A stretch of 64,000 nucleotides of DNA from an uncultured Bacillota bacterium (GCA_963823655.1 CAWGMK010000012.1:1-64000); one strand, 5' to 3'; counted from the first letter of the stretch, positions 20,590-31,070 are shown. The notes: generated from the letters alone by a model not told the origin. Numbers and translations: made by a program.

Positions 20590-20952
20590 TTGAATCCAAT
20601 AAAGTTGGACTTTCAAGCTGTATGGGCCCTGAATTGCGACACGAGGTTGAAACACAGTTACTTCGCGATCTTCTTTATTATAGAAGTGACACTAAAGATC
20701 TTTCTTTCGACTGGTCAGATAGTGTCATGGAGGGGCGTTGCCTTAAATTTCTCTGGGGTTAGTCTCTATGACACCGATAATCTATTGGTTGCCGATGGGT
20801 GGATGGATTTCATTACTGATGAAAAAAAGGAATTGCTCTTAGTTTTCTGGGACCAGCTTGATTTATATGAAGATGGCATAGAACGAACGGTTAGACATTT
20901 TGAAGGTATCCCTGAGCATATAGCAAAGCAATTGAATGATTCATTACGCTAA
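20590..20952 (+). CDS. hypothetical protein
   Basis: ORF between two repeats; stop TAA lies in the CTAAC of the next repeat. Confidence 0.5.
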   Translation: MNPIKLDFQAVWALNCDTRLKHSYFAIFFIIEVTLKIFLSTGQIVSWRGVALNFSGVSLYDTDNLLVADGWMDFITDEKKELLLVFWDQLDLYEDGIERTVRHFEGIPEHIAKQLNDSLR

Positions 20953-21040
20953 CGTAAGAACGTTACTTAAATAGGGATCGTCGGCTGCCGCGCAGTCTGG
21001 ACGATCTCTATTTTTATTGAAGTAAAGGGCAGGATAGTTT
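20942..21040 (+). repeat. attC-like repeat, full copy
   Basis: CATTACGCTAACGTAAGAACGTTACTTAA - ATAGGGATCGTC..GACGATCTCTAT - ATTGAAGTAAAGGGCAGGATAGTT. Confidence 0.85.
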
Positions 21041-21067
21041 TAATCTTTTCGCGAATAATCTATTGGC

Positions 21068-21688
21068 ATGGTATTTTTAACTACGAAGGTGGATTATTTG
21101 AATAAAGAGCCTATTTTTGAAATCAAAAATATTGAACCAGCTTTAACGGAAATGAAATACATTATTAAAGGAATTGCATTAGATCGTATCAATGAAGGTG
21201 ACATACTTTATATTTCGCATCAATTATCTCAAGACGATTACTTCGTTGTTGAGAGCCTTGAAATAGAAGATCGTAAGATAAAAAGGGCATACGCATTTAT
21301 GGAAATCACGATAAGAGCAAATGGAGTTTTTTCGATTATTCCAGAAAAGTATTTATTTGATTTAGTAGAAGAATACATCGCAGAGATTGACTTTCACCAG
21401 GCGAAGAACATTGCTGAGAATGCTGCTTTCAATAGTTTAAATCAGTTTAGAACAGATCCCCAGATTGCATTGTTGAGTGATAATTTCATCGAAGGTGAGT
21501 GTTGCTGGATTTTCTTTAGAAACAAAGAAATCGCTGGACCTCCAGAAAAAGCACTAACTTGGAGTTCTAATTATGTTGTAACAAAAAAAGGGAATATTTT
21601 CACAATTGGTGATAGGTCAGATACACTCGAAGAATCGAAAGAATATATACAGAGATATTCATCACATTTGAAACGAACAAGAGAATAA
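21068..21688 (+). CDS. hypothetical protein, C-terminus resembles YrhB/immunity-type domains
   Basis: ORF; E.ECCWIFF ... YVVTKKG pattern. Confidence 0.5.
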   Translation: MVFLTTKVDYLNKEPIFEIKNIEPALTEMKYIIKGIALDRINEGDILYISHQLSQDDYFVVESLEIEDRKIKRAYAFMEITIRANGVFSIIPEKYLFDLVEEYIAEIDFHQAKNIAENAAFNSLNQFRTDPQIALLSDNFIEGECCWIFFRNKEIAGPPEKALTWSSNYVVTKKGNIFTIGDRSDTLEESKEYIQRYSSHLKRTRE

Positions 21689-21735
21689 GAATTTAAAAGC
21701 AAATTCAAAGAAGTCGCCAACATCATACTTTAGCT

Positions 21736-21809
21736 CATTCAACTAATGGTGAACGATAGTTCAATTACAAAATATTGAGGCAGCAGACAACTTAGGTCTG
21801 GCAGACTTC
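21736..21809 (+). repeat. attC-like repeat (site A plus weak hairpin)
   Basis: CATTCAACTAATGGTGAACGATAGTTCAAT. Confidence 0.8.
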
Positions 21810-21828
21810 TCAGTCAGAGGAGGGTAAC

Positions 21829-22535
21829 ATGTTTTCCTGAATAAAAGAAATCCACAAAGAAGATGTATTCGGAAATGACGATGAAAACGCAATACCAATC
21901 CATGTACCTTTTAAAATTGAAAAGTTGGAAGCAAGAGATTCTGTTTATAATATGACTGTCTTTGCTCAATTTCTTAATGCAACCAGTGTCCTATTGCCAG
22001 GGAATACATCCGTCCAACTAGAGCCTGAGAATGAAGAAATCCATAATTTGATTCTAAAGGAATTAGTTCCTCACTATGAGAAAGTTAAAATTGTTATAAT
22101 TGATAATCGGATAAGCACCATAATGATGGAACAGTTGAAGAATGACTCCGTAGAGTATTTAGATCTATGGAGCAAAGCGGCGAACTGTCTCCTTTAATAA
22201 TGGACTTTTATCGAAGTAGTGAAAGGAACTTGCTTGGTCCTCATAAGATGAGAAGAACTTGTAGGTATTTTAATGTATTATTTGATAAGTTGGAACCTAT
22301 GAACTTAACTGGTACAGATTCTCTGATGGAATGGATCGAAGATGGGTATAAACAACCGAATGAAAGACTAGCTTTATCACCTACTGGATGGGTATTAGAG
22401 GACGAATTACAAAAGTCAGTCTCGCTTCGTTTCTTTGCATCATTCTGTTCTAGTCTTCTCTTGGTAGTAGATGCAGATGATTTGAAAATAGTCGGACTTG
22501 ATATCTTAAAAAAGCAAATGAAAGCATTCAACTAA
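21829..22535 (+). pseudogene. hypothetical gene, probably one frameshifted cassette
   Basis: GGAGG RBS before ATG 21829; overlapping ORFs 21925-22197 and 22167-22535 fill the space between two repeats. Confidence 0.45.
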
Positions 22536-22554
22536 TGATAGAGAACGATATTTC
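22525..22554 (+). repeat. attC-like repeat, site A only
   Basis: CATTCAACTAATGATAGAGAACGATATTTC, overlaps stop at 22535. Confidence 0.65.
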
Positions 22555-22589
22555 GAATGTGAACTTTTCTTCTTACTTGAATAAGACCA

Positions 22590-23126
22590 ATGGAGGCTAA
22601 GTGTGTGAAAATTAAATTTGTAGCACTCTTACTCTTATTTACAATCTTTATTGCTTTGACTGGATGTTATAACAATTCCAAGGAGAAAACCCCACGGGAA
22701 CTGACTACTCAATCGGTATCAGAACTGATAACTATTGAAAATGTTGAATCGTTACAAGTTGTTGGCGGCTTACCAGGTGCAAAGGGTTCTCAATTATTTC
22801 AAAAGAACGATGCAAAGGGTAAGGATATTATTACAAAAATTATAGGCTGGTTATCTTCTGCAAAGGCCGTAAATGATCAAACAGAAACACAGTATGGGAA
22901 ACACGGTTATCCGATGGTTATAGAAATAAATAAAAATGACGGTAGGACTACATATATTGAGCTTGCATACAATTGTGTTTCTAAAACAAATCCAGATGGG
23001 AGCGGTACAAAGACATGCACTGCTGCTGAAGGAGAAGTCTTTATTTACAATGAGTTAATAAAAACACGTGTTAACTCTCCAAGACTGTACGAATGGCTTA
23101 ATGAAGGATGGATAAAAGAAGAATAG
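22590..23126 (+). CDS. lipoprotein of unknown function
   Basis: Lipobox LTGC after a hydrophobic stretch. Confidence 0.7.
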   Translation: MEAKCVKIKFVALLLLFTIFIALTGCYNNSKEKTPRELTTQSVSELITIENVESLQVVGGLPGAKGSQLFQKNDAKGKDIITKIIGWLSSAKAVNDQTETQYGKHGYPMVIEINKNDGRTTYIELAYNCVSKTNPDGSGTKTCTAAEGEVFIYNELIKTRVNSPRLYEWLNEGWIKEE

Positions 23127-23174
23127 TTTGACTATTATAATCTGATGTGTGTACTCAGGAGATTGTACAAATCG

Positions 23175-23200
23175 CTAAACTAACGGAAACTATAGTTTAA
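23175..23200 (+). repeat. attC-like repeat, near-palindromic site A
   Basis: TAAACTAAC-GGAAAC-TATAGTTTA. Confidence 0.8.
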
Positions 23201-23292
23201 TAACTACTTAAGCGTCAAGAGTTGACCATCAAGCGCGGTATGAAATGAGTGCAGCCTGTAAGAAACTTGAAAATAGTTAAGGAGGAAGATTT

Positions 23293-23748
23293 GTGGGGAA
23301 ATATCAGTTTCTAATGACTATATCAATTTCTGAACTCATTTATTACCCTGATGAGTACAACGATAACTATGTAATAGAACCAGTTTTTCAAGAATTGATT
23401 AGGTTTTTGGATATCAATATTCCAATACATGAAATTGTTGAACAATACTTCAATTATTCAGTAGATACAGGTGACATTTTAGTTTTCAAAAGTTCAAAAT
23501 CACAAGATGATTTTTTGTTAATTGACACTTTTAAAGGAGCAACAGATCAAATAGATCTTATACGAGTTGGAGTGAGTACAAGAGAAAATAGAGTACAAGC
23601 AAAGTATCATGTTCGAAAATTGTATGATAAGTCCGATTACGGGATTCATTTTGCCGAAGGGCAGTCTGTTTTAAGTCAAATTTTGAAAAATGAAAGAAAC
23701 AAAGCTACTATTCATGGATCATACGAACAGAAAATTAATTACTACTAA
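23293..23748 (+). CDS. hypothetical protein
   Basis: AAGGAGG RBS, GTG start, between repeats. Confidence 0.65.
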   Translation: MGKYQFLMTISISELIYYPDEYNDNYVIEPVFQELIRFLDINIPIHEIVEQYFNYSVDTGDILVFKSSKSQDDFLLIDTFKGATDQIDLIRVGVSTRENRVQAKYHVRKLYDKSDYGIHFAEGQSVLSQILKNERNKATIHGSYEQKINYY

Positions 23749-23820
23749 AAAGGTAAGTGTCAAATAGCCTTCATCTGATCTCAAGGTGTGGCTATTTGAC
23801 GTATACTTGAATACCAGCAT

Positions 23821-23917
23821 CATTAAGCTATTGGGAAACGATAGTTGAATAAACATTAATGAACGAAGCTGCCGGCACAATTGGCAGCTTCATTACGTTA
23901 ACGGGCAGGATACTTCC
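23821..23917 (+). repeat. attC-like repeat, full copy
   Basis: CATTAAGCTATTGGGAAACGATAGTTGAAT - GAAGCTGCC..GGCAGCTTC - ATTACGTTAACGGGCAGGATACTT. Confidence 0.85.
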
Positions 23918-23989
23918 AATAAACAACGAATAATACTCTTACTATTGTTGCGCAAATCGCGATTATGGAACGAGAAGTGGAGGGTAACA

Positions 23990-24355
23990 TTGTTGGAAAG
24001 AAAATTCTTTCATCATTTGATAATACAGTATGTAATTATTTTGTTTCCCCCAGCGGTAGCCGCCCTAATGTTTGATGTTAACCAATACATATCGAACTTT
24101 TTTGAAGAGTTCGTTGGATATTCAGTTGGAATAACTGGTTTAATACTTATGGGTATCTTATCAACGTTTCTCCATAACGAATTAATAGTTACGTTAATCT
24201 TCTTTGTTATAAAAATATTTGTTTTATATCCATACTTCGTGATTATGTACCTTAAACTAAGGAGAGTTCGATGTCTGCCTGTTTTGATTAGTTCGTTTCT
24301 TAGTTTGTGGGGAGTGATTGTTGGTGTTTTTTGGATGTTTTCTGCAATGCTGTGA
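23990..24355 (+). CDS. membrane protein
   Basis: About 4 hydrophobic segments; GGAGG RBS. Confidence 0.6.
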   Translation: MLERKFFHHLIIQYVIILFPPAVAALMFDVNQYISNFFEEFVGYSVGITGLILMGILSTFLHNELIVTLIFFVIKIFVLYPYFVIMYLKLRRVRCLPVLISSFLSLWGVIVGVFWMFSAML

Positions 24356-24362
24356 ATTGAGT

Positions 24363-24453
24363 CATTCAACTACTGGATGCAATAACGGAACTGCGGGTGC
24401 ATCTGCATCTGCATCCGTTTTTTGTTTCGCTGAGCTAACGGGCAGAAGAGTTT
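24363..24453 (+). repeat. attC-like repeat, degenerate A plus hairpin plus B
   Basis: CATTCAACTACTGG ... CTGAGCTAACGGGCAGAAGAGTT. Confidence 0.7.
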
Positions 24454-24537
24454 AATACCAGAAGAAGGAAAGATTAACTAGTGATAGAACTATTTAACTG
24501 ATAACAGCACTCATAAAAAAACTAAGGAGATTCTCAA

Positions 24538-25002
24538 ATGAGTTCTAATGGTTCTGATGTGAAAAATACACCAAGCAATGAGAACGAAATTAAAATAGTT
24601 AGTCTTTTGATAAATAAAACAAGAAATGTTAGTGGAGAGTTAGTTTTGTTCGATGAATCGCCAGTGGATGCTGAAATGGTTTGCCTAGAATTATCTTATG
24701 AAGGATATACCATTACTAGTCAAAGCGAAAATTACTTTACTGCACTACAACAGCTGAGGGTTAAACTAGAGGAGCAAAATACACAAATTATGTGTAACGG
24801 TGCAGTGATCAACATTTATCCTTCACGAATGCAACTATCTATGGGGGTTGGGCGATCTGCATACAAGTTACATCTAGGGGTCCCTGCCAAAATTGCAGAT
24901 GTTACTGATATTTTCGAATTTAATGAAGAGTTGGAGTTTGTAACAGTTATTGAGCAAGCAAATTACTATCAGAGATGGCATGACAGCATTCTGAGCAGAT
25001 AG
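24538..25002 (+). CDS. hypothetical protein
   Basis: AAGGAG RBS; ORF ends 3 bp before the next repeat. Confidence 0.65.
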   Translation: MSSNGSDVKNTPSNENEIKIVSLLINKTRNVSGELVLFDESPVDAEMVCLELSYEGYTITSQSENYFTALQQLRVKLEEQNTQIMCNGAVINIYPSRMQLSMGVGRSAYKLHLGVPAKIADVTDIFEFNEELEFVTVIEQANYYQRWHDSILSR

Positions 25003-25005
25003 TCG

Positions 25006-25083
25006 ATTGCGTAACGGGGAACGATAGTGAAGGAGATTGCCTTGCAGCAGCTCCTTTTTTATTCATTCAGTAACGGTTAGTTT
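25006..25083 (+). repeat. attC-like repeat, full copy
   Basis: ATTGCGTAACGGGGAACGATAGTGAA - AAGGAG..CTCCTT - CATTCAGTAACGGTTAGTTT. Confidence 0.8.
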
Positions 25084-25155
25084 AATCACTTCGCGAATAC
25101 TTCATTTAGGGAGAATTTGCGTAATTCACCAAAAGACATGAAAGGGATGTTTGTG

Positions 25156-25563
25156 ATGAGTAGAATTATAAAGGTTTTTTTATGGTTCGTATTCTTTAGT
25201 TACTTTCTAGTACTTGTTAAGTACCTAGTTCTTGATCGTCTTTCGTACATGAGTTTTGCAGGTAGGATGTATAATTTTTATCCATTTAAATCAATTAGTG
25301 AGTACTTTATTAATAGAGAACATTATAATTTAGATATCTTAATAAAGAATTTGCTTGGGAATCTATTAATGCTGGTACCATTTGGCATACTTATGCCAAT
25401 GATGTTTAAAAAATATAGAAAATCAATTAATTTTTTTACTTTCATACTTATTATTAATTTATCCATCGAGATACTTCAGATAACTATAAAGTTAGGAAGT
25501 TTTGATGTTGATGATATTATTTTGAATTGCACTGGTGCTATGATTGCTTATGTGATTATCTGA
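25156..25563 (+). CDS. VanZ family membrane protein
   Basis: N.YPFKSI, GNLLMLVPFG, IE.LQ...GSFDVDDIILN..G. Confidence 0.85.
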   Translation: MSRIIKVFLWFVFFSYFLVLVKYLVLDRLSYMSFAGRMYNFYPFKSISEYFINREHYNLDILIKNLLGNLLMLVPFGILMPMMFKKYRKSINFFTFILIINLSIEILQITIKLGSFDVDDIILNCTGAMIAYVII

Positions 25564-25620
25564 TTACTATTGCGTACTCCATTTTTCAACAAATTGTTAG
25601 GACACACCGCACCATACATT

Positions 25621-25709
25621 CATTGAACTAACGGGAGAACGATAGCTCAACGAACACCAGAACGAGGCTGCCGGTAAGAACGGGCAGCCTTCGTTACAGC
25701 TATCGGGCA
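25621..25709 (+). repeat. attC-like repeat interrupted by a group II intron
   Basis: CATTGAACTAACGGGAGAACGATAGCTCAACGAA - AGGCTGCC..GGCAGCCT - TTCGTTACAGCTATCGGGCA then GTGCG. Confidence 0.85.
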
Positions 25710-27038
25710 GTGCGCGCCTAGCCAAGCTAGGCACAACTTACTGATGCAAGTTCAGTCGGGGTAAGGACCAAGCCGCCCCGTAGCTAGCAGGCAGACGTCG
25801 GCGAAATCCGGCGGATGAAGCCCTGTGAAAAGTCGCGCTTTGCGCGATGAAGCAAATCTGCAGGCCGTAATGAAAATGAATCCTACCGCATCGTGAAAGT
25901 GAACCCGAAAGGGACAAGAGGGAGCCGAGCCACGACTGCCCCGGCGAAGGCCATGGAACGCGCGAAGAACTTGGAACCGCAGTGCAGAAGAACCCTCCGG
26001 TGTATAGGGAGCGGCATGCAGAGACAGTTGTGTCTGGAACTAGGGAGACCCTCCCCCGCACGAAGTTTTTTTTTTTCGTAACGAGCAAACCTATAAGCCC
26101 TAAAGGTGAAATGGCGAGCTGCGGGAAGGGAGTCGGAGGGGGCCATAGTACCATTGATCCGGCGGACAACATAACCCCGGGGAGGGAAGGGCGCCGAAAG
26201 GCAATACCCCACTTCGTTCACGGGATATCAAGGAGGTAAGAGCAAGTGAATGCCGAATACACGGCTAACGCCACCAATGAAAACGCTCGACAACTCCAAA
26301 ATGCCCTCTATCTTGCGGCTAAGGAGAACCCAAAGCGTAAGTTTCATGCGCTGTACGACAAAGTATTCCGGAAAGATATCCTGCAAGAAGCATGGAGAAG
26401 AGTGAGAACCAATCGTGGAAGTGCCGGCATCGATGGACAATCAATCGAATTCATCGTTCGAGAGATTGGTGAAGAATTCTTCATCGAAGAGATAAGGCAA
26501 CAGCTAATGAATGGGGAATACCGACCGTCTCCGGTCAAACGGAAAGAGATTCCGAAGCCTGACGGAAAGACGCGTCCCTTGGGTATTCCAACGGTCCGTG
26601 ACCGGACTGTTCAGATGGCTACCAAACTGGTGATCGAAGGCATATTCGAAGCAGATTTTAAAGATTGCTCTTACGGATTTCGCCCCAAGCGGTCGGCTCA
26701 TCACGCAATAAAGAGCATCCGGGAAAGCATTAATTGGGGAGACGCCGTCAACTGGGTGATCGACGTAGATATTACTGGCTACTTCGATAATATCTCCCAC
26801 AGCAAGCTGATGAAACTGGTTGAAGAACGCATCTGCGACAGGCGCATTCTAAAGTTAATTAGACTGTGGCTTGAAGCAGGCGTAATGAAGAATGGCATAC
26901 GGCACAGTACGGAGATCGGTAGCCCGCAAGGCGGCGTAATTTCTCCGCTTCTTGCCAATATCTATCTCAACTACCTTGATACGATATGGGAGAAGCGATT
27001 CACTCATTTGGGTAAGCTGGTCAGGTATGCAGATGATC
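25710..27038 (+). mobile_element. group II intron 1 (class C-like), 5' portion up to YADD
   Basis: Starts GTGCG just after a hairpin; RT begins LQNALYLAAKENPKRKFHALYDKV. Confidence 0.8.
26246..27038 (+). CDS. ltrA: group II intron reverse transcriptase/maturase, N-terminal part (RT0-RT5)
   Basis: IPKPDGKTRPLGIPTVRDR, SYGFRP, GSPQGGVISPLLANIYL, VRYADD. Confidence 0.9.
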
Positions 27039-28904
27039 GTGCGCCACGAATGCATGGTGCGTAAGAAAGCCCAAGCAATGCTGAACAAAAGATGAAGGCG
27101 GGCCCTTCGGAGCCGCTGTGCAGGCGGAGGCTTCAAACCACCTTAAGCTGCTGCGGTCAAAAGCCGTCGGTGGTGAGCGTTAAGGAAAAGGCAGAGCAAG
27201 ACTCTGTCAGGTGAGTGTTACGGAGACGAACACAAGTCAATGGCTGATAAAGTGTCGAAAGCGTAGGGACGTCATCAAAACCAGGAGGGGGTCGTTGGCC
27301 TGGGATGAGTCTGGAGGAAACCTGTTTACTGTCCAGATGGTGACCGGCATGAAGGCGGCGTGAACGTAACACAGGCTTTTGTTCGGAACGTGGGAACCTA
27401 CGACTCCGATGCGAATGGAAAAATCCAAGCGGAAATCCCGCAAGGATGAAAGTACAGATGCGGAGTATAGGGGCGGAATAGCCCGTAGTAGCGATGAACC
27501 CACTGAAAAGGTGGCGGAGCCAAGGGGCTGTGTTATCCAGTTTTGAAAATACGTCAACCGCGAAAGTGGGAGGAACAAATGGACAAAACAAAGTCGTATG
27601 AAATTTCAAAGCACACCGTTTGGGAAGCTTATGAGCGAGTCAAAGCGAATAAGGGAGCAGCCGGAGTCGATGAAGAGTCGATTCAAAAGTTTGAGGAAAA
27701 CCTGAAAGACAACCTCTATAAAATCTGGAACAGAATGTCCTCGGGAAGTTACTTTCCCCCACCTGTTAAAGCGGTAGAGATACCGAAGAAGAATGGCGGG
27801 GTAAGGATATTGGGGATTCCAACCGTCTCAGATCGTATCGCGCAAATGACAGTTAAACTGATACTTTGAGCCGATGGTGGAACCTATATTTCACTCCGAC
27901 TCCTATGGGTACAGACCGGGAAAATCCGCGATAGATGCGGTTCGAGTAACAAGAACTAGATGTTGGCGATATGACTGGGTGCTGGAATTTGACATTAAAG
28001 GTCTATTCGACAACATCGATCATGGGTTGCTTATGAAAGCAGTAAGGAAACATACGGACTGTCCTTGGGTCATTCTCTACATCGAAAGATGGTTAAAGGC
28101 TCCGTTTCAAATGAAGAACGGAGAGACAGTAGAACGAACTTCCGGCACACCACAAGGTGGGGTGATCAGTCCAGTACTTGCGAATCTGTTCATGCACTAT
28201 ACATTCGATAAATGGATGGGAATCGAACATCCCCAAAATCCGTGGGCAAGATATGCGGATGATGCAGTGATCCACTGTCGTACGAAAGAGGAAGCTGAAC
28301 GGCTGCTTGAGCAACTCGGAAATAGGTTCAATGCGTGTAAACTCGAACTGCATCCGGATAAAACGCGAATTGTGTATTGCAAAGATGATGACCGAAAAGG
28401 GGATCACTCCGAAATTAAGTTCGACTTTCTGGGGTACACCTTTCGACCAAGACGATCGAAGAACCGGTTTGGAAAGCACTTCATCAACTTCACGCCAGCA
28501 GTGAGCAACAAGGCGTGCAAAGCGATGAGGCAGACAATTAGAGGATGGCAGATGCATTTGAAGTCGGACGTGGCTATTGATGACCTGTCGCGGATGTTCA
28601 ATGCCTCGATTAGAGGGTGGATCAACTATTATGGGCACTTCTACAAGTCGCAACTATATCCCGTTTTACGCCATATGAACGAGGCACTCATCCATTGGGC
28701 AAGAAGGAAATACAAGAAATTGGAGAGGCACAAGACACGGGCGACAAATTGGATGGGACGACTAGCAAAGAATCTGCCTAAACTGTTTGCACACTGGCAG
28801 ATAGGAATACTGCCTACGACTGGATAATGGGAGCCGGATGAGCCGAGAGGTTCACGTCCGGTTCTGAGAGGGCCTGAGGGTGTAATTCCCTCGGGCTACT
28901 TACC
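27039..28904 (+). mobile_element. group II intron 2 (class D-like) inserted just after the YADD codons
   Basis: GTGCG at 27039; domain V GAGCCGGATGAGCCGAGAGGTTCACGTCCGGTTC 28831-28864; domain VI ending CTACTTAC(C). Confidence 0.85.
27579..28827 (+). pseudogene. ltrA: group II intron RT/maturase without endonuclease domain, +1 frameshift near 27861
   Basis: MDKTKSYEISK..VWEAYERVKANKGAAGVD; GTPQGGVISP, RYADD, IRGWINYY, LFAHW. Confidence 0.9.
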
Positions 28905-29860
28905 TTAAAATCATTTGTCGCGACTGGAAGTCGGCTCAAAGGTGGTATCATGCGGTAGTTCTGTATCTCAAAGACCGTTTGAAACTCGACGTTTCACCAG
29001 AGAAATCGCAAATCATCAATCTGCGAAAACGAGAGTCGGAATTCCTTGGATTTACAATCCGAGCGAACAAAAAGGGTCAAAAGCGAGTAGCGCATACGGG
29101 CATTAAAGCGAGCAAAAGGCGGAAAATCAAAAGTGAAGCCAAGAAACACATCCTCAAAATGAGGACTTCGCCAACGGCACTAAACGCTGGACGGTTCAAC
29201 AGCTTTGTTTTAGGAATTCACAATTACTTCAATCGGGCAACACATGTAAGTGTTGCGTTCTCACGTCTTGCCTACGATCTGCGAGCTTTCATGTACAATC
29301 GTCTTAAACAAATCGGGAAATATGAGCATCCTGCAAACCCACCGCCAACGTACAGTAAATTTTACAGCTTGGGTTACAGGACTTTTAAAATAGCAGATGT
29401 TTATTTATATCCTCTAGCCAATGTGAAAACAAAGAATACGATGGGCTTCAGTACAGGGCTTTCTCTCTTTACCACAGCAGGCAGAGAACAAATACACAAA
29501 AAGCTTCGACCAGATTTACGTCAGGAAATTTACTTACTAACGAAATCTAGCATCCCGAATCAGAGTGTTGAATATATGGATAATCGGATTAGTCGGTACA
29601 GCATGAAGATGGGGAAATGCGAAATTACAGGCATGTATCTCTTCGCATCCGATGTTCACTGCCACCACTATATCCCGCCGCACTTAGGTGGAAACGACAA
29701 GTTTAATAATTTGCGTATCCTCCACAAAGAGGTCGGGCAACTTATCCTCCAAACACATAAAGAGACGATTGACGTACTCAAGAATAGACTGGGTTTAACG
29801 GAATTGATGATGAACAAGATCAACAAATACCGTGAAAAATATGCTTTAGAACCAGTTTAA
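28905..29860 (+). pseudogene. ltrA: group II intron RT C-terminal half with maturase and HNH endonuclease
   Basis: KIICRDWKSAQRWYHAV..YLKDRLKLDVSPEKS, FLGF, GIHNYF, GKCEITG..HCHH..P...GGNDKFNNL. Confidence 0.85.
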
Positions 29861-30003
29861 CATATCCCAAATCAATGAGTAACGAGGAACTTATGATTTA
29901 GTAAATTCAATTAGATGGAACGCGGAGTGCTGGGAAACTGGCACGCTCCGTGCGGAGCAGGGGAAAAGCTGGAGATGACTTCAAATGCTTACCTATTGCA
30001 AAC
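28905..30003 (+). mobile_element. group II intron 3 (class B-like), 3' portion
   Basis: Domain V GAACGCGGAGTGCTGGGAAACTGGCACGCTCCGTGC near 29918-29953; domain VI ending CCTATTGCAAA(C). Confidence 0.8.
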
Positions 30004-30082
30004 CGATAGTGCAATAACCAGGGAGCAACTCGCCACGCGGCAGTTGCTCCCTGGTTTCGTTAAAGAAACAAGCAGATAGTCA
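30004..30082 (+). repeat. attC-like repeat, right part directly after intron 3
   Basis: CGATAGTGCAAT - AACCAGGGAGCAACT..AGTTGCTCCCTGGTT - GTTAAAGAAACAAGCAGATAGT. Confidence 0.7.
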
Positions 30083-30799
30083 TTATCATTGATTTAAAAG
30101 GGTGCACAGTCCTCCATAACTAAAAACAAAGTACAGTTTGATCAAGTATATCTGAACTTAAGCTTAAGTAATTCCTTACTCACTTTCTTTCAATATTACA
30201 AACTCCTGCATTATAAAGGGTTGAATCAAAGTAATAGAACCCTGATCTAAAAATTAGGATTTGTTTCGATTTAGAACGCAAGTGGAGTTCTTTACACTGG
30301 ATGCAATAGTACATTGGATCACCTCGTAATACAATAATTCGACAAGATAAATTGTCTAGAAATAATTAAGTTGCGACCTTCGACGGTGTTACACAGGTAA
30401 TTTGCTGCGCGCAAATCAAGCAGTTCTGGAAAAAGGACCGATCAAGATCAACATCAACTTAGTTATACAGTAGTTTCTGTAACATCTTGTTTTAAAAAAG
30501 TACATCACATAGTCTTCAATTACAATTCTGCAACATTCACAACAGTAATACGAATTTGTATGATGCAAACAACATAACTCCTTTCAAAATTAGAGCCCCG
30601 ATGCGAGAAATCTCAACAGTTTTTGTGCTCCTGCTGCTGGCGATAATCCGTTTGCTCCAGGCCGTACTTTTTGCGAAATAAATTTGCGGAAAATGACGTG
30701 CTTCTGATAGCCTACCCGTTTGGCGACGTCGACACAATACAGAAACTTAAGGTTTATGCTTTGCTTTTTTTTAGTAAAAAAAATTACTTAGAATAAATT

Positions 30800-30934
30800 G
30801 ATCGAATCTGGGGCATTGGGTTAGCAAAAGATGATCCAAGCGTTGAAAATCCATTGAAATGGCGTGGGAAAAACTTGCTTGGGTTTGCATTGACTGAGGT
30901 GCGTGACCAATTAATGGATTCACTCGAGGAATGA
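30800..30934 (+). pseudogene. NADAR (YbiA-like) C-terminal remnant
   Basis: DRIWGIGLAKDDP..NPLKWRGKNLLGFALTEVRD; followed by half repeat ATTACGCTAAT at 30950. Confidence 0.8.
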
Positions 30935-31070
30935 TGCATTGGGGAGCTGATTACGCTAATGAATATATTACGTCCCATACACGAAGGCAGTCGGTCACAA
31001 TGATCGACTGCCGTCTTCAGGCTAAAGGAGCCTGGGTCCAATCTTCATAGCAGCCATACTATCATGTACT

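Noticed and set aside
25738-27609. Minus-strand ORFs 25738-26172, 25883-26221, 27157-27609 and 27237-27578
   Set aside because: Antisense to structured group II intron RNA; no protein motifs.
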